Shown here: piece after piece, positions 15,844-29,991 of the stretch
Layout of the letters: every line of letters starts with the position of its first letter
How positions within the stretch are numbered: position 1 is the first letter of the stretch
From: the human T2T-CHM13v2.0 reference genome, Homo sapiens
Length of the DNA stretch: 64,000 bases
Reading direction: 5' to 3' (one strand)
NCBI RefSeq assembly: GCF_009914755.1
Contig: NC_060940.1
Made by a program: the position numbers and the translations under genes
Notes under the pieces: model-generated
What the model was told of the DNA's origin: nothing
The model's database searches: none
What the model saw: the letters and a program-made list of their open reading frames with translations, nothing else

Positions 15844-16045
15844 TGCCAGGTGTGATGTGTGCACCTGTGTAGTCCCAGCACCTCGGGAGGCAGAGGTGAG
15901 AGGATCACTGGAACCCAGGAGTTCAAGGCTGCAGTGAGCTAGGATCGTGCCACTGCACTTCAGCCTGCGTAACAGAGCAAGACCTTATCTAAAACATAAA
16001 ATAAAATAATAAAATAAATTAAATTAAATATAAGAAAATAAAACA
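15844..16045 (+). mobile_element. Alu monomer (FRAM-like)
   Basis: Right-arm Alu sequence with A-rich tail. Confidence 0.85.
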
Positions 16046-16683
16046 CACAGTAGAAGGTGTGCTGTGGCCTCCGCAGCCTCCTTGGTCTGGCCTCAGCTGG
16101 CCTCACTGCCTCCTCTCATACCATGCCCCCCTCCTTACCCCAAGCTTAGGCCTCATTTTCCTCAAAGAAGCCTGGGTCCTGTCTCAGAGCCTCGGGGCAT
16201 GCTTTCTTCCCTGCCCCTCGTTTCCACCCCAGTCACCTCCTGATCCCTGTGCATCCTTCAGATCTCAGCTTGAGCACCAACCCTGAAGCCTGCAGCTGGA
16301 TCCCATAAGTATTTCCACAACACCCTGTACTTTTCCTACATGCACCCCAGCATCTTCATACAATAGGTGCTTAATAAATTGTCCAATGACTGAATCCTCA
16401 CAATATCTCTAGAGAAGATGGCAAGATGCAGAGAGGAGGAGTCACGCCTGAAGCCACACAGCTGACATCAGAGCCAAAGCATGAGCCTCAGTCTCTCTGA
16501 CCCAGAGCTACCACCCTTGCTGCCTTGGGAAGAAGGAAGCCCCCTCCTATTCTATCCTTGAGCTGCCTTGGCAAGGAGGGGCCCCTTGCTGCCGCCATCC
16601 TCACAGGACACCATCCACATGAGGGGATGGTGAGCTCCACTTCCACCTTTTCTACATGTCTGCTCTTTAAACTGCACACGTTG

Positions 16684-16930
16684 ATTCATTCATTCATTCA
16701 TTCATTCATTCCCTTGATATTACCATTCATTTATTCATCAAGTATTTATTGAGCATATTTATCTGCATGGCATTGTGCTAATCGTAATCATCATATTCAC
16801 CACTGCTGAGCAGAACAGTCAGGGTGCTGCCCTCAGGGAGTTACCATGTAGTAAAGGAGACAGATGGAATCACACAGAGGAATGCACGTCTGATTGTAGC
16901 CTGACTGGAGTGCCATGAAGGAGACCAAGA
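16684..16930 (-). mobile_element. L2 3' end with (TTCA)n
   Basis: ttcattcattcattc...tatttattgagcatatttatc. Confidence 0.65.
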
Positions 16931-19183
16931 GGGCAGGGTGATGGAGAAAGCACAGGATGAAGTTCTCGTCTTCCTTCCAACAGAATCTCAGTTGCACTCA
17001 GTTGTTGCCCCCCTCGAACCTCCCTTGAGCCTCAGGAGAAACCACCCTGATTCAGAGGTCCAGAGAAGACCTGACTAGCCCAAGGTAATTCCGTCCCCTT
17101 GCCAGAGTGGCTTGGGCAGGGACACGGGACCTATTTCAATGAGGCCAATGAGACAAAGGTATTTCTGCTGGGGAGGCAGGGGCTTCAAGCAAAGGGTCTT
17201 GCTTGAAAGAGCCACCGGAAGAGGGCTCTCTCCTTCCTTAGGGTGTCACCGTGTCTGGATGCGATGCCTGGAAGTGCTACAGCCACTCGCGCCCAGCCTG
17301 AAGATGAAACCAACCCCAAACACAGCCAAGCAGAGAGATGGAAAGAACTAGGACCCTAATTACACCACTGAGCAGCTATAGCAACCAGTTCCAGAGCCCT
17401 CTGACTTCCCGCCAAAGTGAGATGATAAGATACTGTTTAATTTCTCTCTTTTATAGCCAAACACACCAAAATTGACACAGAGATGTGAGCCATACCTACT
17501 ACTGTTACTGCTCCATCCCTAGCTCCAACCACAGTGCATGGTACATGGTAGAGAGCCAACAAACACTTGAAGAATGAATGGTGCATATTGAGTGGGATTT
17601 TCCAGAGGCAGACCTGGAGACAAGGCTTCAAGTGCGTGTGTTGTATTAAGGAAATGCTCCCAGGGGACAATAGCAGAGTGGCAGAAATGGGACAAGGGGG
17701 CCAGGGAGCCAAGAACAGAGAATCAATCGTCTAAACAGAGCCCCCTGTTTTTTGTTTCACCTGGGAGTAGCTTCTACCTGATCCCCAGGGGAACTCTGGG
17801 ATGTCAGTGACGGCTCAGCATTGCCCCTGAGGCAAGGGAGCTGGGCTTTCCTAATCCCCCACTCCTCAGTCTCTGGCTAAGCGCTGTCCCCAGGGGACTT
17901 AATCACCCAAACACTTCCCCAAGAGTGGCATCTGCTGACCACTGGAGGCACTGGTACAGTGAAGCGACAGAAGGGATCAGAGAGGGTCCAGGTGGAGCAC
18001 AGCAATGTGGCTGAATAATAACTATATTAATTCATATAGTTAATTCTCAAGCAATGGCAAAGTGTAGGCAGCTTCTTGTCTGCAAACGTTTCCATGATAT
18101 CTCTCCTGCAGCCAGACGGGTCTTTTCCTGCCGCCTACACAGAATGGCCATGGAGCATCCCCAACTCTTATTAAAATGGAAAAAAAAAAAGCCTTTGCAT
18201 TTCAATCTATTATTGCACTTTATGACTCATCTTCAGGTTCTCTCTGCAAAACATTGAAAGCCAGATCATAATTTGATGATGAAATATTGATTATGCATTT
18301 GTATGCAGAGGTCTATACTATATAGATAGAATTCCCACCCTGTAGTATCTTCTATTTTAAGTCAGTATGAAGATGGATGTTCCCCCCAGGCAAATTTTGA
18401 TAAGATACTTGTGTCAATACAAAAAGAGATTAATGCCAATGTGAATCAATACCCGCTTATTGGTTTGGGTTGCTTCTTCTCCACGCAGCAGCTGGCACCA
18501 AGAGGGGTTTCCAAACACCAGCGGCTCCCAGCCAATCTGCATATTTCTTTATTTAAATCATGAGAGTGGGAAGTGGCAAGGGAATGGTGGGTTGGCAGGG
18601 GGCTGCCCACGCCCACTCCCAAATTGAGAAGGGAATGAAAATAAAACAAACGCAACTTGTCAACAAATCTGGGAGAAGCTTTATTACCATCATTAGCAGT
18701 GTGCTTGTCCTCTGCTGCTTCCAAAAAGAATAAACTTCAAATGACAGAAGAAGAGCGGTCTCCATCCTTGCTGGGTTCTCAGCGTACAGCAGGGACTGGG
18801 CTTATCTTGACTGTGCATCTGCTGTGTTTCCTGCCCAGCCCCCACTGCCACCTGCAATGCCCTATATTTAGTGCTTCTTTAAAATCTCATTTATCATCTC
18901 CCATCCCCACCAAAAAGTAAGGTCCAAAACCACGGAGGATTTTTTTTTTTTGCGGGGGCGGGGGTGGTATTTTTTGTTCACTGCTGAATTTCCAATGTCT
19001 GGATGTTGAATTAATTTCTTTCTGCTTCATTCATTCATCTAACAAATTGAGCGACTACTATGTGACAGGGCCCTCCAGGTTCTTGGGATATATCAGTGAA
19101 CACAACAGACATTCTAGTGGGTGATAGGGCAATAGAGATAATTAATAAGTGCCGTATGGAAAACATTAGAAGGCAATAATTGC

Positions 19184-19423
19184 GGCTGGGTGCGGTGGCT
19201 CATGCCTGTAATCCCAGCACTTTGGGAGGCTGAGGTGGCCGGATCACCTGAGGTTAGGAGTTCGAGACCAGCCTGACAACACGGTGAAACACCGTCTCTA
19301 CTAAAAATACAAAAAATTAGCCAGGCGTAGCCCAGCTACTCGGGAGGCTGAAGCAGGAGAATCACTCGCACCATTGCACTCCAACTTGGGCAATAAGAGC
19401 GAGACTCCGTCTCAAAGAAAAAA
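19184..19423 (+). mobile_element. AluS with internal deletions, inserted in an L2
   Basis: Alu left arm intact; right arm has deletions; A-tail. Confidence 0.9.
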
Positions 19424-19701
19424 ATGCCAGTAATTGCTATGAGGGAGTGGAAAGCGATCATGGTAAGAAGGATTGGGTGGGCTGAGGAGAGGAGTTCTAA
19501 TTTTAAATAGGGGGGTCAGGATCAGCCTCACTGAGAAGGTAAGTGTGAGCAAAGCTGTGCAGGAGGTCAGGGAATGAGGTATGTAGCTATGCAGGGGTGG
19601 GCGCTAGGAATTTCCAGACACATAGACTGGCTAGTGCAAACATCCTAAGGTAGGAGTGTGCCTGCTTTATTTGAGGACCAGAAATAAAAGGAATGGCTGG
19701 A

Positions 19702-20049
<348 letters not shown>

Positions 20050-21045
20050 TTAAACAAGTGAGTCTGAGGCTTCCAGGGGCCATCTTGCCCCCCAACCTGC
20101 CTCTCCCCATAAGAAGAATAAACTAAGTACAGACAGATCCAGTCTCTTGCTCTGATCCAGCTATGCCTCAAGCAACTTCTACCCAACATTTTTTCAGTGC
20201 TTAAGGTAATATAATCCCTTTTTAAAACCACTTGTAACTGAAATAATCCTGATAAAACACTGAGACTCGAGTGCCTAGGACACCTGAGCTTCTGTGCCCA
20301 CTGTGGGATCTTAACAATGTCTGCTGGCTGGTCCTGGGCAGCGGGACGCTCAGCCTCGGAGGGTGAGGCCTGGAATCCATCTGTTCGGGGAGGCCTGGAC
20401 AGCTGACAAGTGAGAAGGAACCTTTCAAATTTGCAATTTTCAAGTGTCAGAAGGATATTATGCCGCTCCTCTGACACCTGGCATCTTAGGCAGATGTGCC
20501 CCGTTTTCTATCAACACGTCTGCTGTGTAAGGTGTGGCCTTTGCACTCACAGGATCCGGAACCCACACCTGAGAATGAGAACTCCAGGTGTTAGCTTCTC
20601 CAACAAGTCACATTGGAAGGACCAGGCAGACCCCTTTCCTTCAATTACCAAAGTTGGTGACACAACAGTTTCAAAGGATTCTATTCAATTCAACAAGCGC
20701 TTTAAGCAGTGGCTCAAGATGCTAGAGGGTTGGAGAAACACATGATTTGGTCTGTCCCCTTAAAAAGAAGATAAGCCAGTGGGCAAGTGACTTAATTCAT
20801 TTCATTCACTATGTGTTCCATGCTAGAGGCAAGATACTAGGGGCTAGGATGGAGACTCCCCAAACAGGCGAAAGAGATTTGCATGTGAGTACTTTGTGTG
20901 TGACCACTTGTTATTCATTGAGCAAACATGAAGAACTTCCTAAATGCCCTGCACTCTTTGAGACTCTAAGGACACAGCAGCCAGCAAGATGGGCAAGATC
21001 CCAGTCCATGTAGAGCTTATGTCCTGCTGGAGGATAAAGGTAATA

Positions 21046-21395
21046 GGCCAGGTAAGGTGGCTCACGCCTATAATCCTAGCACTTTGGGAGGCCAAGGCAG
21101 GAGGATCTCTTGAGCTCAGAAGTTCGAGGCGAGCCTGGGCCTCCTGAGCCCAGGAGTTCGAGGCCAGCCTGGGCAACATAGCAAGACCTGTCTCTACACA
21201 CACATACAAAAAAATTAGAAATAAATTAGCCAGGCGTGGTGATGTGCACCTATAGTCCCAGCTATTCTGGAGGCTGAGGTGGGAGGACAACTTGAACCCA
21301 GAAACTGGAGGATGCAGTGAGCTATGATCATGCCACTGCACTTAGCCTGGGAGAAAGAATGAGACCCTATCTCTAAAGGAAAAAAAAAGATAATA
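21046..21395 (+). mobile_element. AluJ with 34-bp internal tandem duplication
   Basis: Dimeric Alu; near-identical units at 21107-21140 and 21141-21174. Confidence 0.9.
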
Positions 21396-22719
21396 AAGTG
21401 AAACTCATTTTTGAAGGAGTGATTTCTGAAATTGTTTAGTGCAGTGAGGAAAAGACAGTGGGATATTACAATGGAGAGACGCTGGGCATTGTGCAGCAAG
21501 ACGGAGAAGTCAGGGAGGGCTGAGCTGGATGGAAGTGGTGGGAAGGAGCCAGCCTGCAGAGAAGCAGAGCGTGTGCTCTGGCAGAGGGAGTGGCAGGGCA
21601 AAGGCCCTGGGCAGGAGCAGGGTCAGGGTCACAGCTGTGTGGCTGGAGTTCAGTGGGCCAGGGGGAGAGTGATGGAAGGCAAGGTCAAGGTGGGCTGGGG
21701 CCAAACCCTGCAGTGCTTTGTCAGCCATGGCAAGGATTTGGGGTTTTATTCTAAGTGCATCTCAGAGTGCCGGCATCTTTATCTTGGGGTGATGTTGGCA
21801 TATTCCCACCAGGATAAATTAACATTCTCACCTTAACAGATCATTGGGTAGAGACTAGAAATGTACCGAGCAGTGCGCAAAGAAGATGAGGAGGGTTCTA
21901 CAGTTTCTCCAGATACATACCATGACAATTTGTTTTTTTAAAAAAGAAGAAAGCCTGCAGGTAAGTACAGCCGAAAGTAAAGAGGGCCACAGTAGAGGAG
22001 GGAACAATGCCACACAACATGAACAGCAAGGAGGGAGCATTCCATTCTGAGCAGAGGGACGCGAGGAGGTGGGGCCTGAAAGGACACAGGAGGCACTGAC
22101 CCCCCGAGGCAAGGGAGATGTGCCTTCTCTGGGAGACAGCGGCTTGGGATGGTGGTGGGGCAGGTTCCCCGGGGAAGACCTGGACCAGGGGCTGGGGGTG
22201 GGAGTTGGAGAGGAGAGTGCAGTCTTGGGAGCAGATTTAAAGTTAAGTGGCCTCCATGGACCCCACATGGCCCAGTCAGTTTGGACCCTCCTGGGAGATC
22301 CTGAGTTCTGAGCCTAGGCGGTCTTGTCCTGCCTCTGCTGAGCACCCGGGCCATGGCAGCCATCAGGATGCAGGAAGGTGGGGTCCCCTCCCAGCAGCTG
22401 GGAAAGCATGAAGGAAGTTCATTTCTCTGCAGCAGCTATAGTGATCGTGAGGAGAAGTAACTGAAAAGGTCAGACACACACTTCACTTACACAGCTCATA
22501 AGTCAGTAAAGAAGCAAAGCCTGAGACTTCCTCAGGAGGTGAGTAAATCCTCTGCCTTGCCAAGGCCTGCAAAGCTAGGCTTGGGGCCGGCCAGCCTAGG
22601 GGAGTGGCTTCTCCTGCTCTAGCTCCCAGTGCCCTCTGGCTTGGCTTTCTGAAGAGAGGGCTAGAGGAGCTGTGCCTCTAGAGTTCAAAAGAAAAGTACC
22701 TTAGGGAGGGAGTATAGGG

Positions 22720-22970
22720 TTGCAGTCAAAAGAATGGGCTCTGGACTCATAAAAACATCAGTTCAAATTCAGACTCATACCACTTATTTGCTGTGTGATT
22801 TTGGGCCACTCACACAACCTCTCTGAGCTGTCGTTTCCCCTCCATACTGTAGGGCTGATAATAGTACCCAAACCATAAGTCATTGAGAGGATTCAATGAA
22901 GATCATACAAGTAAAAGAGTTAGATCAATGCCTAGGTTCCCACTGCATATTGGCTGTGGTTGTTATCTTT
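22720..22970 (+). mobile_element. MIR
   Basis: gctgtgtgattttgggccactcacacaacctctctgagctgtcgtttcccc. Confidence 0.75.
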
Positions 22971-23004
22971 ATCATTTAAATCATTTATTATTATTAACAC
23001 TTTA

Positions 23005-23529
23005 ATTGTACAGCCTCCAAAATGACCCCTGTGATCCCTTCCCCCTGGTATTCATGCCTGCTATTTAACCAGAATAGGGTTGATCTGTGTACTAATAGGA
23101 GATTGTGGGGACAGCAGAATGTGACTTCCAAGGCTAGGTCCTGAAAGATGCTGTGACTTTCGCCTGAGTCTCTTGGATCACTCGCTCTGGGGGAGGACTG
23201 CTGTCATGTCATGAGGACACTCAGGCATCCCCATGGAAAAGTCTGCATGGTGAGCACCCGAGACCTCCTACCCACAGCCAGCATTAACTTACCTGCTCTG
23301 TGAGTGAGGCAGCTTGGAGGAAGATCCCCCCACCCCAGATAACCCCTAAATGACAGCAGCTCCCACCAACATCTTCTCTCCAAGCTCATGAGGGAGTGTG
23401 AGTCAGAACCACCTAGCTAAGCTCGTGAATTCCTGACCTGCAAAAACCGTGCGAGATCACAAATGTTCATTTTTTTTATTGAAGCCATTAAGTTTTGGGG
23501 TGATTTGTAATGCATAAATAATTAATACA
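23005..23529 (+). mobile_element. MLT1F-like MaLR LTR
   Basis: cagcctccaaaatgacccctgtgatcc...ttaagttttggggtgatttgtaatgc...ttaataca. Confidence 0.75.
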
Positions 23530-25758
23530 ATTATTATACTGAAAATTTCTCACTAGGAAGTGGCCACTCATTAGGCAGCCCCAGCCTTCAGGCTCTGTCC
23601 AGCCCAGTAAAAGTCAGTCATTTTTGTGCCAAAGATCCCTGAAAGAGACAGCATCATGTTTGGGTATCACCTCCTCCAGAGAGCCTTCTTGGCCAAGTCA
23701 AGAGCTTTTCTCCATGTGCCCACAGAAAGGCTCTTTGTAATCCTCTACCACACTGCATTGTCATTCTGGGACCAATCATGTTTTCATCTAGGCTTTGGCT
23801 ACTAGGAGGCTCAGACCCAAATTTTCAGGCCACTGCGAAGACTCTCAATTTATTCTTGCCCTAGTTTACTCATCTATTTGCTTTGTCCTGTTTTGTGTGT
23901 CCCTTGTGTAAATTATCACACATCCTTTGTGAAATGAGGCGGCATGAAGCAAGTCCTTGCTGAAGGTCCAGGGCATGGCAAGAGAACCTGAGTTTAAGAA
24001 GCAGACATCACCTGCTGGCAGCAGGCAGTATCCTCTCAGTCAGCCTTGATGTCCCCTTCCCTGGATCCTCACTTCTCATGGCAATCTCCCCGTCTCCTCA
24101 GGTGGGGATGGGATGAACAGGTTTGATTAGCCCTTCACTGTAAATGCCTGTCCTCTGTCACTGCACCAGGACTGATATGGTTTAGTTGTCCATGGCTATC
24201 ATCCAAACTTGAAGGTGGCACTTGTAAGGAAAAAACAAACCAACAAGCTATCCTAAAAGGAGGCTGGCAGCATGAGGAAGGGGCTTGCCATCCCCTGTGC
24301 CAGTGCGGGAAGACCAGCCCAAGTGCCCACCCCACTGCGGGAGCAGACTCAGCTGTCCCCAAACCTGAATGCAGGTAACAAGGGCAGCAGCCTGAGCATC
24401 TCAGAGCCCAGAGGCAGAGCGTTAGCCGATTGCTTCCAGCATCATCTGGGGCACAGTGGGGTCTTGGTTCCTCAATGGGCCTGAGTGGATCTAACTCTGC
24501 GAAGTTAGATCCCAACAGCCATCACAGTTTGCAGACAATGTCATTAAGACCATCCAGATAACTTCCTAACTCCAGTTTTGTGCCCACCAAGCATCCTTCT
24601 GATTTCAAATTGGCCTCGCATGCCATGTGCAACTGGGAGAGAGTGTGTGGACAGAAATGGGGCCAATTGACTATTTCCCTTGGCTGTCATATTTTTCATT
24701 AATAAACTAACTCTCCAGCCACAAATACACACTCAGAATGCCTCTTGCTACTCCAGATCCTCCATTCACTGTGAAGGCAATCATGGGGATTATGAATTCC
24801 ATCTCCCAGGTGTGGATTAAACTGCATGCCAGGGGAGGTTTCTGTGGTTCCAATCTACCCCGCTTAGTACATCAGAGCTCAACAGGATCAGGTCAAAGCT
24901 GGAAGGATCCTGAGAGCCCACAGAAATAATGACTCCTGTGCTGAGGTTCACAGGAGTAGCACTGGGGTCTGTGAATTCTTGGCAAAAATTCAGAAAACCT
25001 AAGGGAATCCATGCATTAGCTGATAATGAGGCCATACAGACTAACTAAAGCATCAGCCACCTCATTAAACTGGGAAGCTTAATACTGTTTTTATTGCACA
25101 ATCATTTCTAAATGTCTTTTATTAATAAAATTGGGGAAATGAATTTGTTATTCTTTAATAAGTGCAGTGTGTTTAGCTGACAAAATTTTTACAAAGATGG
25201 GGATCAATGGGTTGCAAGAATACTAAAAGATGTTCTTGTTCTGCAGGGTTGGAAGCCCCTAAGCCACCATGCACTACCCATCATTTTACAAAAGAAGGAG
25301 AAACTGAGGAACAAAGAAACACATATTTTCCCTCAAGCTTCAGATTCCCTTTAAACTCTTAGGATATCCCATAACCCCCTGTAGCTTATGGCAGCTAGAT
25401 TCATGACAGACAATCTCTCTAGAGTCAATTTGGTTTTTCTCTTAACTCACTCAAGCCTCTGGGAATGAAAGGTCTAGCCCTTGAAGGCTACTTTTGGTAG
25501 AAGACGAGGTTCAGTATTAAAAAGGAGGACAGAGGATGGAAAAGAACACAACTACATCAATAGTTTCTCCACATTATTTGATGTTCAGAACAGTCCCATG
25601 AAGAAGATATAATATTCCCTTTCTACAGACCAAAAAATTAATATTTGGAGAGGTAGAAAGACCACCCAAGGGAACACATATTTAGACGGAAAGCCCAGTT
25701 CTGTCTAGTGTTTAAGTCCTGGCCCATTCAGCTACTCTGCTCTGTAACTATCACCCAT

Positions 25759-25779
25759 TTCAGCACCGCGGACAGAGGC
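25759..25779 (+). promoter_or_regulatory. RE1/NRSE (REST-binding site)
   Basis: TTCAGCACCGCGGACAGAGGC versus consensus TTCAGCACCNNGGACAGCGCC: both half-site cores are intact with the canonical 2-bp spacer. Confidence 0.8.
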
Positions 25780-26104
25780 AGAGCCCTCAGTCTTCCCTGT
25801 AGGTGGGATGGAGGCAGAGGGTGGTAAGATGGGTGCTAAGTCCCAGGGAAGATATGTATCCACCAAAGTGCCTGAATGATGAGAGGGAAGTCAGAGCTAA
25901 GGAAGGACACATCATGGACATCTCTTTACATGTGTATCAAATTGCGTTCTGTTTAGAACCATTTTCTAGCCTCCCACCAAGGACGTAAACAGGACAAGCA
26001 CTGTCATCTGTAAAGTGCCACTCCCAGACTGCCACCCAGAGTTCATAAAAGGCTCAGATGAATCAATAGGTGGGAAAGTTATCTGGAATTTATAAAAATT
26101 CACT

Positions 26105-27340
26105 GTTAAGGAGACGACTATCACAGACAAACCCCAAAATCAGCGGTTTAACACAATAGACATTTTTTCTGACTTGTGTAAAGCCCCAGACAGGGATTGC
26201 TGCCTGTCAAAAGGCCTGACTGGCACTTGTCTTGAGGCACACTCTGGTGCCCAGGCCCCTTGCTCCTTGTTGCTCTGCCACCTCTGAAGTGGCTTCTAAG
26301 GTCACTGTATTTATCTGTGTCAAGACAGAGGAAAAAATCATGAATAAATAAACCCAGGGAGATTTGTATGAGCCAAGCCTGAAATTGGCACACATCACTT
26401 TGGCTCATACGTGGAGGACTGGGAGTGCAGAAAGATGAGGAAATGGGTCTTACTGAACACAGAACCACAGAACTCTGTCTCCCTCCTCTCCAAAGCTGAG
26501 AAATTGCCACAATCAGAAAGTGTGATTCCCATCTGAGAGTTTAAGAGCAGGAATAGATTAAAGACAAATCATGTAAAATACCTTGACTCCTAGACTTGCC
26601 GAAGCATTCAGCCTGAGCCATCTTTACATGTGGATAATCTTGGATTTCCCAACTGGGCTTCTTGCACACTCCATGGTAGAACGTCAGAGGAAATTTTTTT
26701 CAAGCAAGAGCTGTTAGATCATGAGATTCCCCAGAAAGATACAGATACAGGTATATGTCATATTACTGGAGATTCTAATTCAGCTACCTTCACAGGCCTG
26801 GGAATGTGTTTTTGACACAGGGGCATTAGGATTGTTTCAGCTGCAAGTGACAGAAGTCTAGCTCACACGGTCTTAAGCAAGAAAGGAAATGTATTGATTC
26901 CTATAAGTGCACCAGGATCTAGATACACTGTCAGGCACAGCTGGATGCAGACTCCAACAGTCTCATTGGGATACCCACCCTCTCCTCCCATCTCTGACCA
27001 TCCCAGGTGGCTCCCTTCATGGGTCAAAGTGGCCACCAGAAGCTCCAGATACATCTTTTTATCAACAGCCCCAGGAGAACTTCTCTTTCTCAGTAAAATC
27101 CCACAAGGTATTTTTTGGCACTAATTGTCTTGGCTTGGTCCCATTCTTATCCCTGAACCAACCACTGTGACCAAAAACGTGGTATTCTCTGATTATCCAA
27201 GCCTGATTCACGAGCCCACCCATGAGTCTGATATGAGGTCCAGTCCATACAATCTACACAAGCTAGGTCTGGGGCATGGTGGTGCCCCAAGGACAGCTGG
27301 GGTGCCTTTCCTAGAAGAAAGGGGGCAGGGAATGGGTGCT
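26105..27340 (-). mobile_element. Old MLT1 (K/L-like) LTR fragments
   Basis: Two degenerate MaLR stretches (about 26105-26460 and 26825-27340). Confidence 0.5.
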
Positions 27341-27986
27341 GGACCAGCATCAGCAGCAGAATTCTTAGGCACTAGACTGTGGGGGGCTCAGAGAGGCATG
27401 GGAGCCCTGAGGTCCCCACAAGGTGTGGGATAGTCTTTCAGACCTTCAGGGGGGGTCTCTGCTCACTAACCTGCTCAAAGCACCCTGGCCCACACCGTGG
27501 GCAGCTGGAAGGTGCCAGTCCACTGAACATGTGTGATTGGCATGAATCTCCTGCTTTCCTTTGTCAGAAGGCTAGGAGTGGATTTGACCCGTTTACTCAG
27601 ACCCTCTCAGTGGCCCTGCTCCCACAGGCTCACCCCAGCAGGGCCCAGTGCTTGGCTGCCAATGACGCCAAGGATATTAGCTGACAGTGACTTAAAACAG
27701 GGGTTCATGACCTCAGGGTAACCGAGGAACCCCTGAATCTGAATTCATCAGTCTGTGTATATGAATGTGAGTGCCTCTCCTTTCCCCACAGGAAAAAATC
27801 TACAACTTTCATCAAATTACTCAGGGAGACTTTATTCTAAAGAGACTGAAAACGACCAACATCAATTTTGACTCCTATGGGCATCTGTAAATAGCTTCAA
27901 GGTTTTAAGGTGAAATGTCATGTACCAAAATACACATTCTGGAGAAGCAGGAAGCTACAGACCAACTTGAGATGAAAGTCTCATAT

Positions 27987-28262
27987 CAATGTTTTCCCAA
28001 GTGTGCTCCTTGGAATACAGGTTGACATGATATGATGCCCAGCAAGGGAAACAAAACATATTCATGTTCAAATTAGTTGGGGAAATGCTGGACTAAATAA
28101 GGTTTGATGGGATTCTTTTTTCTGCAGGACTTCTCAGAAGGGGCTAGAGTAGGCAAAGTTTCCCAGATTTACCTAATAAAAGCATTGTTTCTGTGGGAGT
28201 TTCATTTGTTATTACATGTTTCCTGAATGCAGATTCATAGACTATCCTTTGGGGAACCCTCG
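27987..28262. mobile_element. MER103-like hAT-Charlie element
   Basis: caatgttttcccaagtgtgctccttggaatac...tctgcaggacttctcag...ctttggggaaccct. Confidence 0.55.
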
Positions 28263-29991
28263 TCCTCACGGGATGTATGTTCATGGTGGTGTCTTCGAGT
28301 TTGTGCCCTTGTGAAGCATTCTGGCAGCAAGCATCTGAACACTTCCAAAAGGGGGCGATATTTAGGAGAAATCGCTCAGCCTGAGTTAGAACAAATGCAG
28401 CTGCTGGTGTCTCTTGGTGCCTGGGAGCCCTAGAGTGTCAGAGGGAGGAGCGTGCACACTGGAACCAGCAGCCTGGTGCTGCGTCTCAGCTCTGTCGCTA
28501 ACTGGCTATGCACCTCTGGGCATGGCACTTAACCCTTCTGAGCCCCAGCCCGCCATCTGTAAAAAGGGCTTGATGTGAGGATTGAATGAGATCATGCAGG
28601 GAACACAATGTCTGGCACTTGGAAGCGTCCACCATAAAGAGCCAAGGCAGTAGATGGCCCAGCTGGGTTTGGTCCAGGCAGAGTTTACCCTCTGCCCTGG
28701 AGGCTCCAGGAAATGCTGCCACGTGGCTCCTATTGCCTTAACCACATCCGACCTGTTCCTGACAGCTCCCCACATCTCCAGCTCCTTTGCTGGTGCTCCA
28801 GGCACCTCCAAACGTGGCGAGCCCCTCTCCCCTGCCCTCTTGTGGCAGCTGACCTGGCAGGAGTGGGACCAAGACATCCAAGGCAGCTCCTTTCCACCTG
28901 CATGGGCACTTTCCTCAGGACATCCTTGCCCCTGGCACCACCTTGGGCCAGCAAGCCACATGGAAATGGATGCAGAGGCACCACTGTTTGCTGACAATTA
29001 TACACTGTCCTTAAGGTCACCCTTGGCGATCTGTCACCAGGAGCAGACAAACCCACACCTCAACCATCCCATCAGAGCTTGTTTCTATCTGCATCTGTCA
29101 TCGCTGATCGCATTTGAATGGGTTTAGTCTCTATTTTAAATAAAAGATTTATGCCTTAGCTGTCAGAGCCTGCCTTTATTTGAAAATTTAATCTTGTTTC
29201 TAGGAGTCTAGATTAACTTATTAGATTTAGGCGTCCCTCGTGGGTCTCTGAGAGAGGAGGAGTAGATTCTCCTCCCTGCATTCGGCCCTGCACACCCGAC
29301 AGTGAGAGCCAAGAGCTGGATGGGCTTCTCCATCCAGCACGCCCAGGCTGGACAGAGGCCCCCAACTCAGGCAACTTTGTCGGGTAACCGTGTGTCCAGG
29401 GAGTGCTTTCTTGCACGCTCCGTCTCCGGGCCAGCTTCCAGGACCTGTGCTCACTGCAAGGGACACCCATCAAGCCGGCCCTTTCTCAGAGGTTTTGGGG
29501 AGGCTTCAGGAAGGACCCCCAGTGGGGGCCCAGCTTGTCAACATGGGCTGTGCCAAGGAGTTCTGAGTTTCCTTCAGGTCTGTATTGTATCTTCCACCCC
29601 CTCAGAGCTCCCTCCCTACTGCTTAGACCACACGAAGCTGTGGGGCTGTGGGCAGCCAGTTCACTTCCCTGACCTTGTCTGCAGGTGGAGACAGTGGCAG
29701 TGCCCCTCCCGGGCTGCTGCGTCACTCAGTGTAAAAGCAGGGAGGCACTGGAGAGCTGCTGTCTGCAAGTTTGTTGCTACTTCAAAAGGTGCAGGTGGGC
29801 CCTCACCTCCTTTAGAGGTGAGGATGAGCTACCCAAAGTGAAAAGGAGCTTCTCAGCGTCGCAATGGAGTCACGGCCAGGCTGCCCACACCAGCCGTCCG
29901 GACCTGCACCAGTGCCACGGGGTCTGCCCCATCTTCTCTTCCCTCTCCTTCCCCTCTCCCTCTCTCTCCCTGTCTCTTTCTCCTCTCTCCA

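Noticed and set aside
28345-28358. CTCF-like ccaaaagggggcga
   Set aside because: Two mismatches at informative core positions; too weak alone.
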